The notes under the pieces are model-generated. The model was not told where the DNA came from. It made no database searches and saw only the letters and a list, made by a program, of their open reading frames with translations. A stretch of 54,670 nt of DNA from Conidiobolus incongruus B7586 (taxonomy: Eukaryota), in assembly GCA_000697335.1 (NCBI GenBank), contig JNEM01009956.1:1-54670 (forward strand), given 5' to 3'. Positions 49,914 to 54,670 of the stretch are shown one piece after another. Made by a program: the position numbers and the translations under genes. The first letter of the stretch is position 1, and each line of letters opens with the position of its first letter.

Positions 49914-52003
49914 ATGATGGCAATGTCTACTAGTGAGTTTCTGTTTGTCAGTAAACCTTCAGATTCTCTTATTTGTCCGATGTAAATAGGCCATTATTAA
50001 ATAGTAGCTACTGGAATTAACCTATTTATTTTTAGTTGCCAAGACATATATCAAGACCCTGTGATCACACATCGATGCCACCATTCGTATTGCTCATTTT
50101 GTATTCACCAGAGCATTGAAAGGGAACCTTGCTGCCCCCTATGTCGCTGTAGACTAAGTGACCAAGGTAATTATTAAAATTATTCAAAATTGAGTTCCAC
50201 TAATATGCCTTCAATTTAGATCTCCACCCAAACCTTGCATTAGCTAGCTTAATAAATGAATTACCCGTTTATTGTAAACATAAATCAGCAGGTTGTCAAG
50301 CTATTGTCCGACTGGATTCTTTAAATTTCCATCTCAAAAATTGCTCTTTTGCACCTAATTCGTGTATTCATAGCCAATATGGATGCTCTTTCATTGGTAA
50401 TTGTTCATTTAACGATGATTAGAATATGTACTAAAATTTGTCTTAGGATCTGAAAATGAATTAAATGAGCATTTACAAAGTTGTCCATTTGAAATGATTA
50501 AAGGTTTTATTCAATATACTCAAGATAAAATATTACAATTAGAAAATCAAATTAATGTAGTTAAATATCTATATCGATTATTCAATATATTCACTGTTTA
50601 TAAAAATAGGATCAACAATTGGTCATTGAAGAATTGAAATCTGGTTCTAAATTTATTGAAAATGTATATTGTATCCATTATAATTAATGCTACTTGTTCT
50701 AATTACATCATATTAGAATCATTTAACAGAACAATTAAATGGAGTTGATCATACTGCTAGAAATATTGCAAGTAGCTCCCAAGCCATAGAAGAAGTTGAA
50801 TCCGTAACCATATTTATAATTTTTTATTTTAATTTCTCATCAACTAACATATTTAAAAGTCTTTTCCATATGGTTCAATAACTTGTAAATACACCTTGAA
50901 TGATAGTGCTAGTGGTATTACCTCTTTAGCTTATAGTAATCATTTATTATTCTCTGGTTCTCACGATGGTACTACAAAGGTAATAACGATCATTGAAAAT
51001 AAAGTCAATATACTGAATTTGCTTTTAATAGATATTTGATACTCAAACCGAGACATTTATTTGGGAGAATAAAGCTCACAGTACTTCAGTTTGGGCTGTA
51101 GCAGCTTTTCAAGATGATCAGAGATTTTTTAGTGCTGGATCAGATGGTTTAATCAAGGTTTAATTTTTGCTCTTGTTTGATAATCAATATATATTTAACC
51201 AATTCTGATAGGCTTGGGATTGGACAGATTCTAATACACAGACAGCTCATGAGCTTGATCAACACGATGGCAAAGTCTACGCTTTGTTATGTAGATTTGG
51301 AAAGTTGTTCTCAGGATCTTCTGATAAAACTATCAAAGTAATATTAACCATTTTATATATATTACATCTACTAATCAATCAGGACAGATTTGGGACCCTA
51401 GAACATTGCAGTGGAATGCAACTTTAGAAGGTCACACAGATAATATCAATTCATTGATCCCTCTCCGTAATGGAAGAATCATTAGTGCATCTAGTGATAA
51501 AACTATTAGAGTATATATACTCATTTCATATTCAAAATATAATACTAATAGCATGTATTTTTGAACAGATTTGGGACGTCTCAGCTCAAACTTGCATTCA
51601 CACCATTCAAGCTGAAGATTCTGAAATTTTAGATTGTGCAGTCAGTCAGGACAATAAATATTTGTATGCATCAACCTATGATGCCAATATTCACGTCTAT
51701 AATTTGGAAGACTACTCTCATGAAACAACGCTACATGGGCATAATTGGGAAGTTTGGCAATTGGAATGCTCTGAGGATATATTATTCTCTGCTAGTTTTG
51801 ATCATACTGTTAAGCGCTGGGATCCTAGAAATTGGCAATGTACTGCAACTTTAACAGGTCACAAAGGTTTTGTTCATGCAATGACCTTGGGTGATAAAGA
51901 GTTATTCACGGGTTGTGCCGACAGAACGATTAAGGTATCTTTATATTTATTATCAAATAATGTATTTTGTCTGATCATAACATTTATTTAGATGTGGAGT
52001 TAG
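49914..52003 (+). CDS. TRAF7-like E3 ubiquitin ligase: RING, TRAF-type Zn finger, coiled coil, 7 WD40; many exons
   Basis: Spliced translation gives LICPICQDIYQDPVITHRCHHSYCSFC...CPLCR (C3HC4), PNLALASLINELPVYCKH..GC..HL..C, CSFIG....EHLQSCPFEMIKGFI, then WD40 repeats (LFSGSSDKTIKIWD, LFSASFDHTVKRWD, LFTGCADRTIKMWS). Confidence 0.85.
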
Positions 52004-52353
52004 ATTATTTTACTAATTAGTTATAATTATTATTCGAGTTTTCCTTTTAACTGTTTTAAATAATAAGATCATTCTTTGGTAATGAGACCAAATCTCACTG
52101 ATTTTTTAACATTAAAAAATAAATTAAATATTCAAATTCTGATTTAGAATATTGTATAATGATAAATTCAAACTCAGACTGTATTAAACTTTATAATAAT
52201 GCAATTCGATCAATAGAGCAATATTCAAATTACATTAGAATTTAAAATGTTAAATTTCATTATATTAATATAATTGATTGAAATTTGATATTTAATGATT
52301 TATAAAATATATGTTTTACAAATTAATAAATTTTTTAATATACAATTTATTTT

Positions 52354-53061
52354 TTAATGGCGTGAATACTTTGACTTATGTTGAATATGGCTTTTCTTTG
52401 CAGTTTCAACTTTGTCAAATTGAAATGTTCCTTGAAAATCTTGATTTAACTGAACAGGAACTTTAGGCTCAATTTTGACTTGGTCAAAAATACTTGTAAT
52501 TCTTAATTCAGCTGTATTTCCAGGGATGCTAATACCCCCAAATTGATTTCGAGCATATCTAGTGAGTGGGATGTAAAAGTCGCTCACCTTTATTTCGATC
52601 ATTTTAATAGGTACTGCAGCATCCATAATCACCAATCGGTATAATTTAGAATCTGGAGCAGGTATCCAACGATATATAATATTCCCTTGAATTTTACATG
52701 GGACATACTTCCATAAAATTGGAATCATCCCCTGAGCAGTATCACCAATTGCATTAAACGAACCCGTATCCAATACAATCTCATTTTCAGGACATCCCGC
52801 ACATAAATCAACAATCGCCATTTCGATGCTCTGCAAAGTCCTTGGATTTTTAGCTAAAATACAAGCACCACAGCTTTGCGAATTTCTAAAATGACTGGGA
52901 CCAATGGCTACATAGTGAGGATAATAAGAATTAGGGAAATTACATGTTGTTTGGTTTAAGTAATAAGAATTGAACCGAGCTTGGGATTCATACCATTCAC
53001 CAGCTTGAAAACCTGATATCAAGTATATCAGAAGTAAAATTAAATAATTGTATATTATCAT
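52354..53061 (-). CDS. Secreted expansin-like protein (DPBB plus CBM63-like domain), single exon
   Basis: Signal peptide MIIYNYLILLLIYLISG, motifs YVAIG..F..SQSCGAC, IVDLCAGC...IVLD...F..IG...GMIPILWKYVPC, and domain 2 PIKMIEIK...LTR...NQF...LRITSIFDQ. Confidence 0.85.
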   Translation of the reverse strand: MIIYNYLILLLIYLISGFQAGEWYESQARFNSYYLNQTTCNFPNSYYPHYVAIGPSHFRNSQSCGACILAKNPRTLQSIEMAIVDLCAGCPENEIVLDTGSFNAIGDTAQGMIPILWKYVPCKIQGNIIYRWIPAPDSKLYRLVIMDAAVPIKMIEIKVSDFYIPLTRYARNQFGGISIPGNTAELRITSIFDQVKIEPKVPVQLNQDFQGTFQFDKVETAKKSHIQHKSKYSRH

Positions 53062-53417
53062 CAATTAATTTCAAACTTATATCTTTAAAAACACGACGAA
53101 AAATACCAAACTACACATTTATATATCATTAATATTTGAAACAAAATAGTAATTTGAAAAAAACCCAATTCAATATTAATAAATTTCCGTTAATATTATT
53201 GAAACCAATTTTTGTTGGATGAAATTCTTCATTTCAAAATTTATTTATATAAAATTGTTTGATTTTCAATTTTGTAAAAAATGAATGTTATATTTCTAAT
53301 TTTAGAATTTAGTAGAGAATGAATTTAAAAAATATTAAATTATTACATTAAATCTCGTCATGTGAATAAGAATATTATAAAAAAATATAATTAGATTGTA
53401 ATAAAAAGAATAAAAAT

Positions 53418-53489
53418 TGCGCCAGCTGGGAATCGAACCCAGACCACTTGCTTGGAAGGCGAGTATTCTAACCATTATACTACTGGCGC
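53418..53489 (-). tRNA. tRNA-Gly (anticodon TCC)
   Basis: Cloverleaf GCGCCAG...TAGTATAATGGTTAGAATA...CTTCCAA...GGTTCGATTCC...CTGGCGCA followed by a T-run terminator. One C-A mismatch in the anticodon stem. Confidence 0.93.
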
Positions 53490-53692
53490 TTGTACGATGT
53501 GGAGAAAAAGCATAATTAAATCATATACGAATGATTTCACAATACCATAATTTGTGTTTTTTGTTTTTTTATATCCACAATTATTTAAGTTTTTCATTCA
53601 TTACAACATCATTTACACCATCAGGGAATTTATTCCTAATAGATTTTATACACTAAATTATTATATAATAATTATTATTACTATTAAACATA

Positions 53693-54670
53693 ATGGCTGG
53701 AGGTGCTAAAGCTAAGCGTGCTGCTAAGGGAAGTAAAAAGAATTCTGGAACTAGCACTCCTACTGAAAGTTCTAACCCCGTTCCCGAACTTAAAAAATTA
53801 ACTTTAAACTATGACCGTAGTGCTACTGGTGTTTTAGCCTCCCAAGAAAATTCTAGAGATATTAAAATTGAATCATTTACTCTATCTTTCCACGGAAGAT
53901 TATTAGTTTCTAATGCTACCATCGAACTTAACTTTGGTCGTCGTTATGGTTTGATCGGTGCCAATGGTAGTGGTAAATCCACCTTTCTACAATGTCTCGC
54001 TGCTCGCGAAGTTCCCATTCCCGAACACACCGATATTTATTTGTTAAACGAGGAAGCTCCCGCTACTGATATGACCGCCGTGGAATATGTAATTGATTCT
54101 GCCGAAAAGGAAATTGCTAGACTTGAAGCTCAAATTGAAGATATTTTAGCTGAAGATGGTGGAGCTGAAAACCCCTTATTAGATGATATTTATGAACGTA
54201 TTGAAGAACTTGATCCCAGTACTTTTGAATCTCGCGCCGCTGTCCTTTTGAACGGTTTAGGTTTCGATGCCAAAAGTATGCAAAAGAAGACTAAGGATAT
54301 GTCCGGTGGGTGGAGAATGAGAGTTTCATTGGCTAAGGCTTTATTCTGTAAACCCACTTTATTGCTTTTAGATGAACCCACCAATCACTTGGATTTGGAA
54401 GCCTGTGTCTGGTTAGAAGAATACCTTAAGACCTACAAGCGTATCTTGGTTGTCGTTTCTCACTCTCAAGATTTCTTAAATGGTGTATGTACCAATATCA
54501 TGCATTTGACTCACTTGAAGACTTTAGTCTACTATGGTGGTAACTATGATACATTTGTCAAGACTAAGGCCGAAAACGAAGTCAATCAAATGAAGGCCTA
54601 CAACAAACAACAAGCTGAAATTGAACATATCAAGAAATTCGTTGCTTCTGCCGGTACTTACGCCAACTTG
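53693..54670 (+). CDS. ARB1: ABC-F family ATPase Arb1/ABCF2, runs off window end
   Basis: RSATGVLASQENSRDIKIESFTLSFHG, GRRYGLIGANGSGKST, MSGGWRMRVSLAKALF and LLLLDEPTNHLDLEACVWLEEYL. Confidence 0.95.
   Translation, partial: MAGGAKAKRAAKGSKKNSGTSTPTESSNPVPELKKLTLNYDRSATGVLASQENSRDIKIESFTLSFHGRLLVSNATIELNFGRRYGLIGANGSGKSTFLQCLAAREVPIPEHTDIYLLNEEAPATDMTAVEYVIDSAEKEIARLEAQIEDILAEDGGAENPLLDDIYERIEELDPSTFESRAAVLLNGLGFDAKSMQKKTKDMSGGWRMRVSLAKALFCKPTLLLLDEPTNHLDLEACVWLEEYLKTYKRILVVVSHSQDFLNGVCTNIMHLTHLKTLVYYGGNYDTFVKTKAENEVNQMKAYNKQQAEIEHIKKFVASAGTYANL

Noticed and set aside
1..54670. CRISPR array, prokaryotic operon or biosynthetic gene cluster
   Set aside because: No repeat-spacer arrays seen. 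The genes are spliced eukaryotic housekeeping genes with unrelated functions.

Overview
AT-rich eukaryotic genomic DNA with many short (~50-70 nt) GT-AG introns. Gene content points to an early-diverging fungus, and the style suggests Zoopagomycota/Conidiobolus-like (inference only). Apparently intact genes: sterol glucosyltransferase ATG26 (cut by the window start), an ABCG half-transporter with a Cys-rich N-terminus, stand-alone TenA, pyruvate dehydrogenase E2, CIA1, ERV14/cornichon, SAC3/GANP, RED/IK, an Hv1 proton channel, a DUF962 protein, a FIST-domain protein, a PNRC/Edc1-motif protein, Vac7, a TRAF7-like RING-WD40 ligase, an expansin-like protein, ABC-F ARB1 (cut by the window end) and tRNA-Gly(TCC). 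Decayed copies: a valyl-tRNA synthetase pseudogene, a Maf pseudogene and a tRNA-Gly relic. The GC-richer intergenic islands resolve into solo LTRs: three have TG...CA ends plus target-site duplications, and two have terminal inverted repeats only. The top observation is that two otherwise dissimilar solo LTRs each carry an ATG-initiated 63/64-codon ORF. The two ORFs share the motif R-x3-ATQLV-x2-AP-x2-V at identical positions, differ mainly at synonymous sites, and run in frame out of the LTR end. Second is an oversized, structured first intron in the PDH E2 gene. All calls are by eye; exon boundaries and several gene ends are approximate.
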